Assembly (NCBI RefSeq): GCF_006345805.1
Contig: NC_043009.1
Coordinates: 33,046,001 to 33,110,000 of the forward strand
Length of the DNA: 64,000 nt
DNA from: Octopus sinensis
Taxonomy: Eukaryota
Reading direction: 5' to 3'
Position numbers and translations under genes: made by a program. How positions within the stretch are numbered: the first letter of the stretch is position 1; the number at the start of each line of letters is the position of its first letter. Below, piece by piece: positions 24,276 through 37,252 of the stretch. A model generated the notes under the pieces. That model saw only the letters and a list, made by a program, of their open reading frames with translations. It was not told where the DNA came from and did no database searches.

Positions 24276-24459
24276 AAAAACAAAACTCACAAAAAAAACT
24301 TGATATACGATGAGAAATACTGCTTTTCGTTTAGTTTAAGTCGTTGCTGCACTGCTTATAGAATAATTCACAGAACTGTGTTAGGAACTGGACAATAACA
24401 ACAATAACCATGACCCAATGAACCATAGCACAACAACAACAGCAGCAACAACAACAACT

Positions 24460-25110
24460 AATACTACTAAGAAGAAAAAGAAAACGAAGAAGAAGAAGAA
24501 GAAGAAGGAAGAAAAAAGAAGAAGAAGAAGAAGAAGAAGAAGACGGAGGAGGAGGGGGAGAAGAAGTGAAGTAGGAGAGGAGGGGGGAGAAGAAGAAGAA
24601 GAAGAAGAAGAAGAAGGAAGAAGAAGAAGAAGAGAAGAAGAAGAAGAAGAAGAAAAGGAGAAAGAAGAAGAGAAGAAGAAGAAGAAGGAAGAAGGAAGAA
24701 GAAGAGAAGAAGAAGGAAGAAAGAAGAGAAGAAGAAGGAAGAGGAAGAAGAAAGAAGAGAAGAAGAGAAGGAGGGAAGAAGAAGAAGAATAACAAGAGTC
24801 AACGAACGGAGGAGAAGAAAACAAAACAAAAAAATTCGTGTAGGAGACAAATGAGAAGAAGAAGAAGAAGAAGAAGAAGGAGGAGGAGGAGGAGGAGAAG
24901 AAGAAGAAGAAAGAAGAAGAAGAAGGAGGAGATCGGAGGAGGAGAAGAAGAAGTATAGAAGAAGAAGTAGAAAGAAGAAGTAGAAGAAGAAGAAGGGATT
25001 AGGAGGATGAGGAGAAGTAGAAGAAGGAGGAGGAGGAGGAGGAGTGAGGAGGAGAAGAAGAAGAAGAAGAAGGAGAAGAAGAAGAAGAAGAAGAAGAAGA
25101 AGAATTTCCA
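24460..25110 (+). repeat. ~650-bp polypurine (GAA/GGA)n tract
   Basis: Seen directly. Confidence 0.95.
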
Positions 25111-25544
25111 GCCTCGACTCAAGGGTTCTTTAGTTTTAAAGTTTTAGTTTAGTGAGGCACAGTCAGAATTGGAACTTGGATCACCCAAACTAAATATCTT
25201 TATATAATAACTCTACTGTGTCTTTCATTCCCTTATTTTATTGTTGCTGCTGCTGTTGTGGTTGTCATTGTTCTTTTTCTCTTTCTTTATCATAAACTTT
25301 TCTTCTTTTTCATCTTACTGATAAAAAAAATCAAATCGAATAAAATAACACGATACATTATCATCATCCCACCAGCATCTCCACCCTCAGCCGCTTCATC
25401 ATCATCCTCCTCATCATCATCCTCATCATCATTATCATCACTTTCCTTTTCTTTTTCGATCGTTGTCGTGGTCATTATATAATGTGCAAACTGAAGTGTA
25501 GCCTTGACTCCAGCAACTGCGATATGTTCTCTCAAACTGTCGAC

Positions 25545-25545
25545 A

Positions 25546-25578
<33 letters not shown>

Positions 25579-25775
25579 CAGCAGTAGCAGTAGTAGTAGT
25601 AGTAGTAGTAGTAGTGATGGTGGTGGTGAGGATGGCCATCGTCGTAGTGATGGTGTTGATGGTGATGCTGCTCGTGGTGGTGGTGGTCGTCGTCGTCGTC
25701 GTGACGGTGGTGGTTGTAGTGGTGATGGTGGTAGAGATGGTGGTGGTGATGGTGGTGGTGGTGTCGTCGTAATAG
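25545..25775 (+). repeat. (GTA)n/(GTG)n/(GTC)n trinucleotide mosaic
   Basis: Seen directly. Confidence 0.9.
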
Positions 25776-26751
25776 CGATGAAGCTGGAAGTAATAATAGC
25801 AGTGGGGATGGAAGAGGTAGGGTGGTAGATTTTTTAAAGTATATTTTTTTATATATTTTCCTATTTATTTTTTTCTTATTCATTATCGAACGATGAATGT
25901 TTTATGAAAAAGACCAGGTGCAATACAACAAACTAAGAGCCGTTCTTATCCAGAATTATCTCTTTCACAGCTGAAATTCTTCAAATATCTAACATTTTTA
26001 TGTGGGATTTTTATATATTTTCATTTGTTTTTTCTTTTTCGAATATTTGTAATTTTTATATAATTTTTAATATTTTTCCAGGTAGGAGATGTTCATTTAT
26101 TTCACTTTACTATATTTTATTCATTGTTTCCCCCACCACCACCACCACCACCACCATCGCCTCAGCATTATGCCACACCCTCGCACCTCCAATCTTGCAC
26201 GTCCGGTCTGGAGGTGGGGGCTGGCTCGTAGAATGCCCGGATTTATATTTAGCTTAAGCAGTTTGAGCAATTAAGATATGATACATGCCCAACTCATGGA
26301 GTGTTATTATTTTAGTTCCATCCGTTGGGTTTTGGGGTTTTATGCTTTTCTTTGAGTTTTTTTTTTTTTTTGTTATATTTTGGGGCTGTTAAGTTTGAAA
26401 ACAGAATGGTTTTATTAAGAAAAAGATATTGCGGAAATCCTCCTTAACATCGTCGTCGTCATCATCAGCGTTGCCGTAGTCGCTGTCAGTGTTAATCCTC
26501 ATAATCATCATCATCATCATTATCATCATCATTGTCCTCTTCGTTATTATCATCAGTACCACCACTATCATCATCGTTGTCGTCATAATCGTTGTTGTTT
26601 TCTTCATTAGCATCATGACATCATCATCATCACCATCACCATCATCAACAACAATGAAATAATCATCGTCATCGTCGCTGTCGTTGTTGATTTTGTCATC
26701 ATCATATATTATCATAAATATATATATATATATATATATAGATAGATAGAT

Positions 26752-26782
<31 letters not shown>

Positions 26783-26818
26783 TATAATACACATATATAT
26801 ATACACACACACACACAC

Positions 26819-26858
<40 letters not shown>

Positions 26859-26947
26859 TGTATATATTCATATTTGTACATATATATTTATATTATATCT
26901 ATATATTCATATATGTGCGTGATTACATGCATATATTGTATATACAC

Positions 26948-26984
<37 letters not shown>

Positions 26985-26997
26985 TACACACACACAC

Positions 26998-27037
<40 letters not shown>

Positions 27038-27062
27038 CACAAAAATATACATATGTATATAG

Positions 27063-27770
27063 ATAATAATAAAGGGTAAAATTGATTAATTAATAATTTT
27101 ACCAATCAGTGTTCAGTATGTAAAAGGACCATTTACGGTAAATTTAAACATTACTTTATATAATTAGGGTTCAGCAAAAAAAAAAAAAAAAATTGCTTTA
27201 CCACATACCGAACTTTTAGAAATAGCACCCAAAGAATTTAGCTATTTCTCCTACTATAAGAAGAGTCTCTCAGACAATATATGCTCAAAAACAATTCACC
27301 TAGGCATAGAGGGAAAAACAACGGAAGTTCACTCAAAATTTTATTACTTGTGAACGCGTTTCTGGGTTAGTTAGATATAGAGATGCTAGAAATACATCCC
27401 TATTCTAACATTCCCGTCATCAGCACAAAGATTTCATTATATTTAAATTTGAGAGTACTAAAAATCGAACATACCCATCTGATTTGAGTAACCTCAGACA
27501 AACCATCTTCGACATCCAGTACTAACGAATTCAAAGCATACGAATGAGGATCCGCATTCTCCCCTGTCCACCCATGTGAGTTATAGAGCAACAAATTCCT
27601 ACAGAAGAATCTTTAGTTTTTTTATCAGGGAGAAAATTATATTGGCAATAATAATAAAGGGTAAAATTAATTAATTAATAATTTTACAAAGCAGTGTTCA
27701 TTATGTAAAAGGACCATTCACGGTAAATTTAAACATTACTTTATATAATTAGGGTTCAGCAAAAAAAAAA
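27063..27770 (-). mobile_element. Retrozyme-like / PLE pLTR element: 1.2 copies of a 585-bp unit with a hammerhead
   Basis: Direct repeats at 27063-27185 and 27648-27770 (constant 585-bp offset, 5 mismatches by eye), HHR at 27348-27428, no convincing ORF. Confidence 0.8.
27348..27428 (-). ncRNA. Minimal type I hammerhead ribozyme with palindromic stem III
   Basis: Minus strand reads UUGUG-CUGAUGA-C-GGG-[long hairpin guuaga/ucuaac, auag/cuau, gaug/cauc]-CCC-A-GAAA-CGCG-U-U-CACAA. Triplet GUU; C.A at positions 10.1/11.1. Confidence 0.85.
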
Positions 27771-28337
27771 GAGCCTCATTCGTATCTCTGATCTGTTCTT
27801 CGTGTTTGGCTATACACGTAAATTTCTTAAGCTGAACTTAGTACGCAGTGGTCGCATGCTCACACACATACACACACGCAGACTCACACATACACTCTCA
27901 CACAGAAACCTGTGTATATATGCCTATATACACGCATACATGCACCCACCTAACAAACACATACGTTCCCATACCTACGCGTATATACATACCTATATAT
28001 GTATGTATAAGGAAACACAACGTGAACTCACTATTCAAACAAAGAATTGCATAATCAAATATCTGTATTCTTGGAGAACAGCGCCGAAACAATTGTAGCG
28101 ATTAATAAATAAATGTCCAACCATAACCCTTCTTCTTGACTCCAAATACTTCAACTTTATATTCACACACAATTAACGCCCAAATTTCAACTTGGAAGCA
28201 TACAATAATACTTCGGATAGTACTGGGTAATTCTGAAGGTGGACGAGCTTTATACTGTACTCTACCACATTCCTAACTGAATATAACATAACTATAAATG
28301 GGGGTGTGCATGCATGTATGTATGTACATACGCTTTT

Positions 28338-28377
<40 letters not shown>

Positions 28378-28529
28378 CATGTTGTTCAATGTCTAGCGAA
28401 CCTTCCGCCTCACCTCTCCAAGTGTGTGATGTGTCTGTATGCTTGTAGTTTTGTATGTGCCTATGTGTTTGTGTGCTTATGTGTGTATACATAAAGCGAC
28501 AAGTAGATACTTGCAAGAATGATCGATCG

Positions 28530-28612
28530 ATTGATTAGATAGATAGATAGATAGATAGATAGTAGATAGATAGATATAGATAGATAATAGATGATAGATA
28601 GATAGATAGATT

Positions 28613-28648
<36 letters not shown>

Positions 28649-28650
28649 GT
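28530..28650 (+). repeat. (GATA)n microsatellite
   Basis: Seen directly. Confidence 0.95.
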
Positions 28651-29223
28651 GACAAATTATCAACTCGGTATGGTCATAAACTTGTATCTAAAAAACCTAT
28701 GTAAAATGACTACTAAAGATATCTTTAGATTCTGTGTTAATATTTCTTGTGGTTAAACCAAAACATCTTCAATAACTGGAGACCAGGATGGTTCCGATTG
28801 TTTTGTCTTTGTTAAAAATTATCAGGGATTGCTTATGTCAACTGCTGCTATGAAGCTTATTGTGAATCATTTCACTAGACTCATTTACTCATAACCATGT
28901 TGTGATGGTTACTTTAATTATTAAAGCCCGACAATCAATTCTATATCATTATGTACATATATTTACGCAATATGAAAATTTCTTGACGTTCTTTTTAAAA
29001 TGATATGATTTTTTTCACTTAGGCGGTTGAAAAGTGAAGTTGGTGATCTGTGGTAAATGGTATCCAACAGGAAACTTACAGAACGATTTTCACTCTCGGT
29101 TGATGAAATCATTGTGATTTATGAACAGATTGTATTTTCATAGTGACGGTACGTATTGTATAAAAGATTTCGTATGTAATTTCAGTGGGTATATACATTC
29201 ATACACACATACACACACATGTG

Positions 29224-29267
<44 letters not shown>

Positions 29268-29344
29268 GTGTTGTTGTGTCTGTGTGTATATATACATATA
29301 TATAATATATAATATTATATATATAACAAGACACACACTACAAC

Positions 29345-29550
29345 TACTGCTTTTATATATATACCGGAATAAGCACATAAATGCGAAACAAGGTGGAAAA
29401 GATAGTACTCGAATACCAGAGGTAGAGTAATATGCCGTATTAAAAAGCGGCAGAAACATCACAAAAACTGTTGCTCAGAATTTCATGTTCCCGTTTGTCG
29501 TCCGAGTAACAGTTTTCGGTATTTCTGCTGTTTTTTAATAAAGTATATAT
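29345..29550 (-). mobile_element. Small PLE-type element with inversion and decayed HHR
   Basis: About 50-bp imperfect inverted arms at 29429-29480 and 29501-29548. The minus strand reads CGACAA-ACG-GGAA-CAT-GAAA-TTC-T-GAG-CA-ACAGT. (TA)n on both flanks. Confidence 0.45.
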
Positions 29551-29599
29551 ATACATATATATATGACAATACCGCAGTATCGACTAATGACGCTGTCAC

Positions 29600-29745
29600 G
29601 CTGGCAACGCAGGAAGACCAACATTTCCTCTGGACTGGAGCACTATGGAATGAAGTGTTTTGCTCAAGAACCCAACGTGCAGCTGGTTTGGATATAGAAG
29701 TCCTGATCTCGCAATCGCGAGTGCATCATCCTCACCGGAAGGCTC
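29600..29745 (-). mobile_element. CORE-type SINE family C fragment
   Basis: Reverse complement of gttcttgagcaaaacacttcatt..tgctccagtcca, as at 32234 and 56900. Confidence 0.65.
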
Positions 29746-30042
29746 GAGTCCACGCGCCTTCAGTTTGTGCATGTGTGTATGTGTGTGTGTGTGGCGGGGC
29801 TGGTGAGGTGTAAGAATCTTTAAAATATCAGACAAAATACTTAGCACCATTTTTTCTGGCATTCGACTTTCCGAGTTCCTGTTCCGTTGATGTCGACTTT
29901 ACATTTCATCTTGTCGGTGTCGATAAAATAAAGTGCCACCCAAGTATTAAGCCGCATGTAATCGACTTCCCTAACCAGGTCATACTCTAATTATTATTAT
30001 TATGTTATCATCATTATTATCATTATTATTATTGTCATATTA

Positions 30043-30084
<42 letters not shown>

Positions 30085-30112
30085 ATTATTATTATTATCA
30101 TTATTATTATTG

Positions 30113-30159
<47 letters not shown>

Positions 30160-31104
30160 TGTAATACTAGCCTTAAGATATCTTAATCATTGACCATATT
30201 CAAACGCACATACACAGACACACATGTACAAGCGTACATGCATAAAAGACGGTGTGAATGATTAAATCAGTTTTGATAATGATTAAAACTGTATTGAATA
30301 ATTTAATAGCAACGCCCATGATGAGTTGCCTATTTTGCAGCGACGTGTAGCGTATTTGAAAATAATGAGTAAATTTGGCGTGGAGATAAGCTTTCAAGGG
30401 GAAACAAATTCTCTTATTTGCTTCTAATACCCACTCCTAAACAGCTTGTTGACAAACGATCTCATTAAATGACGATTTATTGTTCTATAAAGGATACAGA
30501 GAAACTGTTGTTATAACTATTTATTAAGATCGATCTGTTGAAAGGCGTTTCAAAACTGGCAGGGAGGAAAGAAAATTAGCTACTTAACGCGGCGCGAAAG
30601 AGAAGTCAAAAAGATACTTAGATCACCTGACAGCTTTTGTCCCCAGTCATTAAAGTAAGATAGAACAGGTTTGTGATTAGCTTAAATAGAAAAGCTATGC
30701 TTAGAGATGGCGCTGGAATGCATTCCCATTAGATTAAATATCATCTGCTGACAGAAAATATAATCGGTCTCATTTGAATGATTAATTATTTCCATCTCAA
30801 TGTATTGCATGGAATTTCAACCGATATCACAATACTCTATGCGTGTGCTTGAAGAAGCACACTTACTCTTGTTTGTCTTCTCCTTAACTCTGGGATGGAA
30901 TTTCAGGAAAATTCATTCAAAAGAGAAATGGTTTCGTTGATTCAATATCGGTAAACTGCCTCAGTTTGTTTCCTTGAGTAAATAATGTACTCAAGGTAAA
31001 GTGTTGAATTGGAAAAAGGGGTATATTTATAAGCTGCATTTTGTCTAATTTAGAAATTGGCTGATAGTTTATCCGACCGCAGGAAACGTGTGTATATACA
31101 CACA

Positions 31105-31171
<67 letters not shown>

Positions 31172-31189
31172 TAATAAATGTATATATAT

Positions 31190-31575
31190 ATATACCAATT
31201 AAGGACTGCACACGAAAAGTGGACAGTCAACATGCTAGATATAGACGTCAAATCGCCATTCTCCACAAAAAGTTTATGTTCTCAGATCAACTCAACAAAC
31301 CCAAAGCAATAAACAGTGAAAAATATACGAAATAAATATTTACCCATGTACTAAATTTAGTTTCAGCTGTTATTTTCGGCAAGGAAAAGTGCAGCATCAT
31401 CAGCATGGTCCCATATAAAATGTAATTTGCTGGACTAAATGCCAACACGACACCAAAATATCGCGTGCATGGAGTCCGGCCTATTACATTTGAAATATAT
31501 ATTTCAAATGCCACTACTTTTGGCGCGATGAGTTAGCAGCAGTTAAATAGTTAGCAGCTAATAGTTAGCAGCAGT
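31190..31575 (-). mobile_element. PLE-type non-coding element carrying a hammerhead
   Basis: HHR at 31344-31408, (TA)n immediately to the left and a short (atagttagcagc)x3 repeat at the right. Boundaries approximate. Confidence 0.55.
31344..31408 (-). ncRNA. Type I hammerhead ribozyme, near intact
   Basis: Minus strand reads CCAUG-CUGAUGA-U-GCUG-cac-UUUUC-cuugcc-GAAAA-uaa-CAGC-U-GAAA-CUAAAUUUAG-U-A-CAUGG. Perfect 5-bp stem I, 12-nt palindromic stem III, GUA triplet, U.U at positions 10.1/11.1. Confidence 0.8.
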
Positions 31576-31655
31576 CTATGCTAGACCACTGGTTCTAAAT
31601 GATAAATATCAATTTTTACCCTAATTTAATTTTATATATATATATATATATATAT

Positions 31656-31696
<41 letters not shown>

Positions 31697-32058
31697 ATAA
31701 AAGGTGGGGTTTTTTTCTAATATTTTATATATATTATATTGTGTGGAATTTGGTTTAGTATTTCTAAATTGAATTCTTTTTCCTTGTAAGTTTGGATTTT
31801 ATTCCCTCAAATAATAATTATTTGATATATATATATATATATGCAAAAGTAGGTATAGAGTTATGAAGAAAGAAAACACATACAATACTCATTTATTTTT
31901 ATTAAAAAAAATTAAGTTACGATAAAAGTATTGGTAAATACATTTTTATGATTAATGACAGAAAATATCAAAAACGAGGCTAATTTAATGTGCTAATAAT
32001 TCTAATCAATTAAATATAATAACATTGATGTGATACTTCCTAGTTACCTACTCCCCCC

Positions 32059-32100
<42 letters not shown>

Positions 32101-32233
32101 CGTGCAGATATGCTGATCCAAACAGGAGAAATAGAACTCAAAATATGAGTATGTGTATTTTACTAAGTGCCATTACTCTGGAAACTTCAGACTTGTTACT
32201 TCTGCTAAATATTAATATATATATATATATATT

Positions 32234-32490
32234 GTGTTCTTGAGCAAGACACTTTATTTCACGTGCTCCAGTTCACTCAGCTGTAGAAATGAGTTGGAGC
32301 ACGTCACAGGTGCCAAGCTGTATCGACCTTTGTCTTTCCCTGGATAACACTGGTGCGTGGAGAGGGAGGCCGGTATGCATGGCGACTGAGTCTTCCATAA
32401 AACAACCTTGTTTTGCCCAAATGTGCTCAGAGGGTAACTCTCTAGGTGCAAACCCATGGTCACTCATGACCGAAGGGGGTCTTTACCCTT
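32234..32490 (+). mobile_element. CORE-type SINE family C, 5' truncated
   Basis: ttgagcaagacactttatttcacgtgctccagttcactcagctg is shared with 56835-57057. Confidence 0.75.
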
Positions 32491-32504
32491 TATATATATA
32501 TATA

Positions 32505-32612
32505 TGTGAGAACATATTTCTTTAAATTTGGTACGATTCTATAACACTGTCTATCTCTCCCCCCTTGCCTACATTTCTCTGCCTATCACACTTTGTACTC
32601 CACTTTGATCTG

Positions 32613-32654
<42 letters not shown>

Positions 32655-33337
32655 TCCTCCTTTTCTCTTTTCTTGCCTCTGATTCTTTTGTCTCCTCTTC
32701 CCCCACTCTCTCACATTTCTCTGTCTTTCTCACTTTGCACCTCACTGATTCTGTCGCCAAGCCAATCCTTGGCACGCTCTCTGTCTTCTCCCCTCTTTAA
32801 TTCCTTCTTTCTCTCTCTTCTCCCCTCTTTAGTGCCTTTGTCCCTCTTTTTCTCTCTCTCTTTGATTCCTTTGCCCCCTTTTTTTTTCTCTCTTCTCCTC
32901 TCACGTGACCGCTGGTCAACCAGCCTTTCGGCTTCCGACCACCGCCATGAGAACATCGTTTTCTTCGTCTGCCGAAAAAGGCATTTTTTCCAAATACGCC
33001 AGCTAAACTATGTTGTACTGTCTATAGTCATAAGACACCCGATGTTTTTGTCCTGTTATTACTATTATTGCTTTTTGTATTTATATTCGTGTGACATCGT
33101 CCGTTTTTCTGTCCCTGTTTCGTATACATCCGATTCTTTTTCTAATAAATCTAATGGTCGTAGCTTAGTTTTTCCTTGGGGCTGGCCGGATCGGAGCGAT
33201 CCCAAGTTTAATCAGCCGAAATTGCGAGGATGACCCGGTTCTTGACTGAAGATTGAAGGCTTCGAATGTCCTGTCCGTGGTTTTTGTATCGTCTTCTAAA
33301 TGTTTTGCGTTCTTGTCCCAGCTTGTATTTTTTTTAC

Positions 33338-33338
<1 letters not shown>
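32505..33338 (+). mobile_element. Interspersed element family E, copy 2
   Basis: Collinear with 9270-10018; (TA)n on both sides. Confidence 0.75.
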
Positions 33339-33384
<46 letters not shown>

Positions 33385-33396
33385 CATACATACATA

Positions 33397-33440
<44 letters not shown>

Positions 33441-33671
33441 GCATACATATATATATATACATACATACATACATATATATATATATAATATACTATATAT
33501 ATACATATGCATACATATATATACAACATACATACATACATACAATACATACATTACATACATTACATACATACATACATTACATACATACATACATATA
33601 TATATACATCTTTAAATGTATAAATTGTTTCACTTTAATGGTGTTCATGCTGGAGCACCACCACTCGTTAT

Positions 33672-34765
33672 GCACCACCATTAATTGAAACATTCTCTCA
33701 TATGTGGCATTTGGTGAATGAGGGAGTTTGATGCTGCTGGACTAATCGTGTTGCCTGTCGTGAGGCAGACCCATCTCGAAGCCTTGACAGGAGGACACCC
33801 AGTTTTGTTTTGACGACACTCCAAACCATGCAGGTCTCTCAGGCATTTTGGAAGGAAATTGAAGAGTTGTGGCCCCTTGAAGCCCAAGCTGTTGCAGTAT
33901 GTATTTGGATGGTGATGCTGGGATCTTTGCCACTATGCAGGGGCGCCCCGTTCAGCTGTTTGTGTAACTTTCAAATACCAGAGTTTGGTGCAATGCCTTC
34001 CAGGATTTTCCAAATTTATATCACTGCATATCTTTGCTGCTTTCGTTCCAAGGAGAACAGTTTTAATTCTTACAGTCTTTCCCAGTAGCCAATACGTTGC
34101 ATTGAGACGATTGTCTTTGTGTAGCTTCGTCGTATTGCTTCGAGTTCCGCCGTTAATTTTATACTGTGTGGTGACTATGGTTGGGAGTAGTAGTTCAATC
34201 GGTTGAGGATGTATGCCGTCCAAAGACCATCATTGTCTCATTTTCTCTTGTTTTGAAAGTTCTGATGAGTTATCCAGTTAGCCGTCTACATTTTATTACC
34301 GAATTGGTAATATACACCTGGGAAGATGCGTCATTGCTCATGTCAGTACCCAGGTCAGGCACTAATTTTGATTCAGAGATTGCAGTTCCTCCCGGGTCAG
34401 TGTATCCTATCTGCACGTCGTACAGCTTTGTGTGCTGGTAGCGCAGGGCTTGGAATTTTCCTGCAAAAAAACTGCTTGTTGTTATCCTCAACACATCTGT
34501 ATGTTGCGTTCAACTCAAGTTGCAGATGCACAACATTTCCAGGTTTTTGCATTGTCTGAGAGGCTTTTGTGTCATCTACATAGCTAGCAAGATTGGCTAT
34601 CTGAGCAGCTGAAGACGTGTCTGAGTGAGTTACTATGAATGGCAGTGGCCTTAAGACAGTGCCCTGTGGAACACCACTTGTTATTTGTGTTTCCTTTGAT
34701 GTGGTTCTGTTGGCCACCACTGCCGGACGTATATCTTTTAGAAAGTCGTGCAGCCACTCTGATGT
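33672..34765 (-). pseudogene. CR1/L2-group LINE RT and 3' region, decayed
   Basis: WLHDFL...TSGVPQGTVLRPLPF...SYVDDTK...LQLELN...DLGTDMSND...KCRRLTG...GPQLFNFLPKCLRDL: RT motifs with frameshifts. Confidence 0.9.
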
Positions 34766-34919
34766 TGTTGCTGCTGCTGCTGCTGTTGTTGTTGTCTTTG
34801 TTACGGTTGCTGTTATTGTTCATATTCTTGTTGTAGTCGCCGTTGGTGTGTCTGTTCGTGTAAGCCTCCAATCACATTTTATTGTGTAAACCATTCTTCA
34901 TGGTCCAAGCTCCTACTTA

Positions 34920-35130
34920 TTGCTCTCTGGTTGAATCTTTGAATCTAGAGTCGTCCCCCAACATCTACAGCCATACAGAAGTATAGTGGACAGTGAGCAG
35001 AGTGGACAAGAGACAGTGAGTGGTGTCTGGAGAAAGAGAAAAACATGTCTCCTGCCACCAAACTGCATCTTGTCCAACTGATACATCATAATATACACCA
35101 TGGCCAACAATAGGTGCAAGCAGGATAAAT
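34920..35130 (-). pseudogene. Possible RTE-like LINE fragment
   Basis: Only the TILLYGCRCW motif (cf. LLYGCE.W). Confidence 0.35.
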
Positions 35131-35441
35131 CTGGGTCAGTAGACATCTGGGTCACACTTCGGTCGATTAGCTACCGATTCGATTAATAAATACTTCCAAT
35201 TATGTCTGGCCTGGAGATATTCCGCAAAAACATTTCCGTCTGTTGTCCGATTGTTGCCGCTAATTTCGACATCAACAGCAAACGATACATTCGTATGTGT
35301 GACTGCATATATATTATGTGCGTGATTGCACGTGCATAATGTGTGAATGTGCCGCTGTGTGATTGCACGCGTATACCTTGAATGTGTGTGCATAATTGTC
35401 TGCGAGAGCATTAGTATCCCGAGTCTGTTTGCCTATGTGTG

Positions 35442-35516
<75 letters not shown>

Positions 35517-37252
35517 TATATGTGTGTGTGAACGTGTGTGTATGTGTATGTGAATGTTTGCGTGTGTGTGTATATGAGTATATATGGAATGTGCGTGTTT
35601 GTATGCGTGTGTGATAATTATATCAGGTAAAATAATAAGCGTTTCAAGGATCATGGTGATTCCGTGGCAAGAAGTTTTAACAAATAAAACTGCATGAAAC
35701 GTGACCCAAGTTCCAATTTGGTTTTCAATTATTTACACACGGCAACACACGCCCACACACACACACATCACTCTCTCCCCACCTACATCTCTTTCTCTTT
35801 TCTTCTCTCTCTCTCTCTCTCACACAACCACACAGACTCTTGCCGCACATAACATAAACACAATCACAACATCATATAGACGGTATCACACAAACCTGCA
35901 CGGACTGCCTTCCGTGAACGCAGTCGTACAATACATCACGTCACACACCCACATACTAACACCCACATAAATACACATCTTCACACAAACACAATACGAC
36001 ATGCATGGTAAACTTCACTCATTGTCATACACAACCACAAATAAACACAAACATACCATCACCCACTATCACACACACACACACACACACATAGAGCCAA
36101 ATAGAAATGCAAACTCGTACAAAGACAAACAAAGCGGCCACACGTGAACACAAACCCCTAATATATGATGCCATGAAACAAATATACACAACACAGTGTC
36201 TAACACGAACACATAACCATATGTACATGCGCACACACACATACACACGCACACGCACACTTCATAGCGCCGCGCGCACACACACACACACACACTCACA
36301 CACAAGCGCTAATTCATTCTCACAAACATATACAGACTCCATTTGAACACTTCAAGTCGTTACACCACACACAAATACACGTAACCTCACACTCACGCAC
36401 ACTTCCAGTTCTTATTAGCAATGTTGAATGTTGATCCTTTGTGGAAAATTCGAATAAGCAAGCTATATAAATTTAAACGTAATCTGTACATATAACATAT
36501 AAACACGCTATATAAATATAACTACATTTTATAAATAAATGAGTGTGCGCGCGTGCGGTACACATACACGTACTTATACATATACTTATATTTATACATA
36601 TACATATATATATATGCACCACCGGGGGGCACGTTTTAATAAATAATGTTTTAAAGCTGTGATGGCAACAGAAATAGTCTTAACGTTTCAAATGTCTGTT
36701 CTTCATCACAAAAAGAGAAAAGCAAAACGGGAAGTGAGAAAGGTAAACAGTCACTGAGATAATAAAGAACTAGGATGGGTTAGGGGGGTAGGGGCAAATG
36801 GCAATGCAGTCTCATGGGTAGGAGTTTAGAAGAGATGTATGGTAGGTGTATATGTGCAACTACAAGTTTGTATCCATGCTGGGGATGGGCTTATAGAGGG
36901 TTAGTGGAAGTTTATAAGTGTAAAATTGTGCAAGTAAGAAGTCTTTTTCTTTTTTTGGGGGTGGGTAGGTATGTGTTCGTAATCATTAAGTATGAGAGAG
37001 AAAATTGTGGACATAAGGGTGTTGGAACGGACGCATGTGTGAGGTAGAGGGAAGCAAAGAGGAATGTAGCGAAGTGATAGAAGTTTGTGCAAGTGTTACT
37101 GTTAAATGGAAAGAAAGGGTGTAGTAAAAGAAGCATAAATGAAAGAAAAAGCGCAGGTTATAAGTGTCTGTGTCTGTGTGAGTACGTATGTGTGTGTACG
37201 TATATAAATCCCTTGTAGTTATTTATGAAGCCAGTAGATATGAAATACTCAA

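Noticed and set aside
24418-24792. 124-aa K/E/R-rich ORF (and 47432-47641)
   Set aside because: Translation of the GAA/GGA tract.
31535-31575. Short direct repeats here and at 13165-13210 as a CRISPR-like array
   Set aside because: Only 2-3 units with no unique spacers, in a eukaryotic context; replication slippage.
34260-34290. CTGATGA/CTGAAGA hits at 34262, 34610, 37700, 46567, 19372 and 63675
   Set aside because: They lie in LINE coding sequence or lack the downstream stems; chance heptamers.
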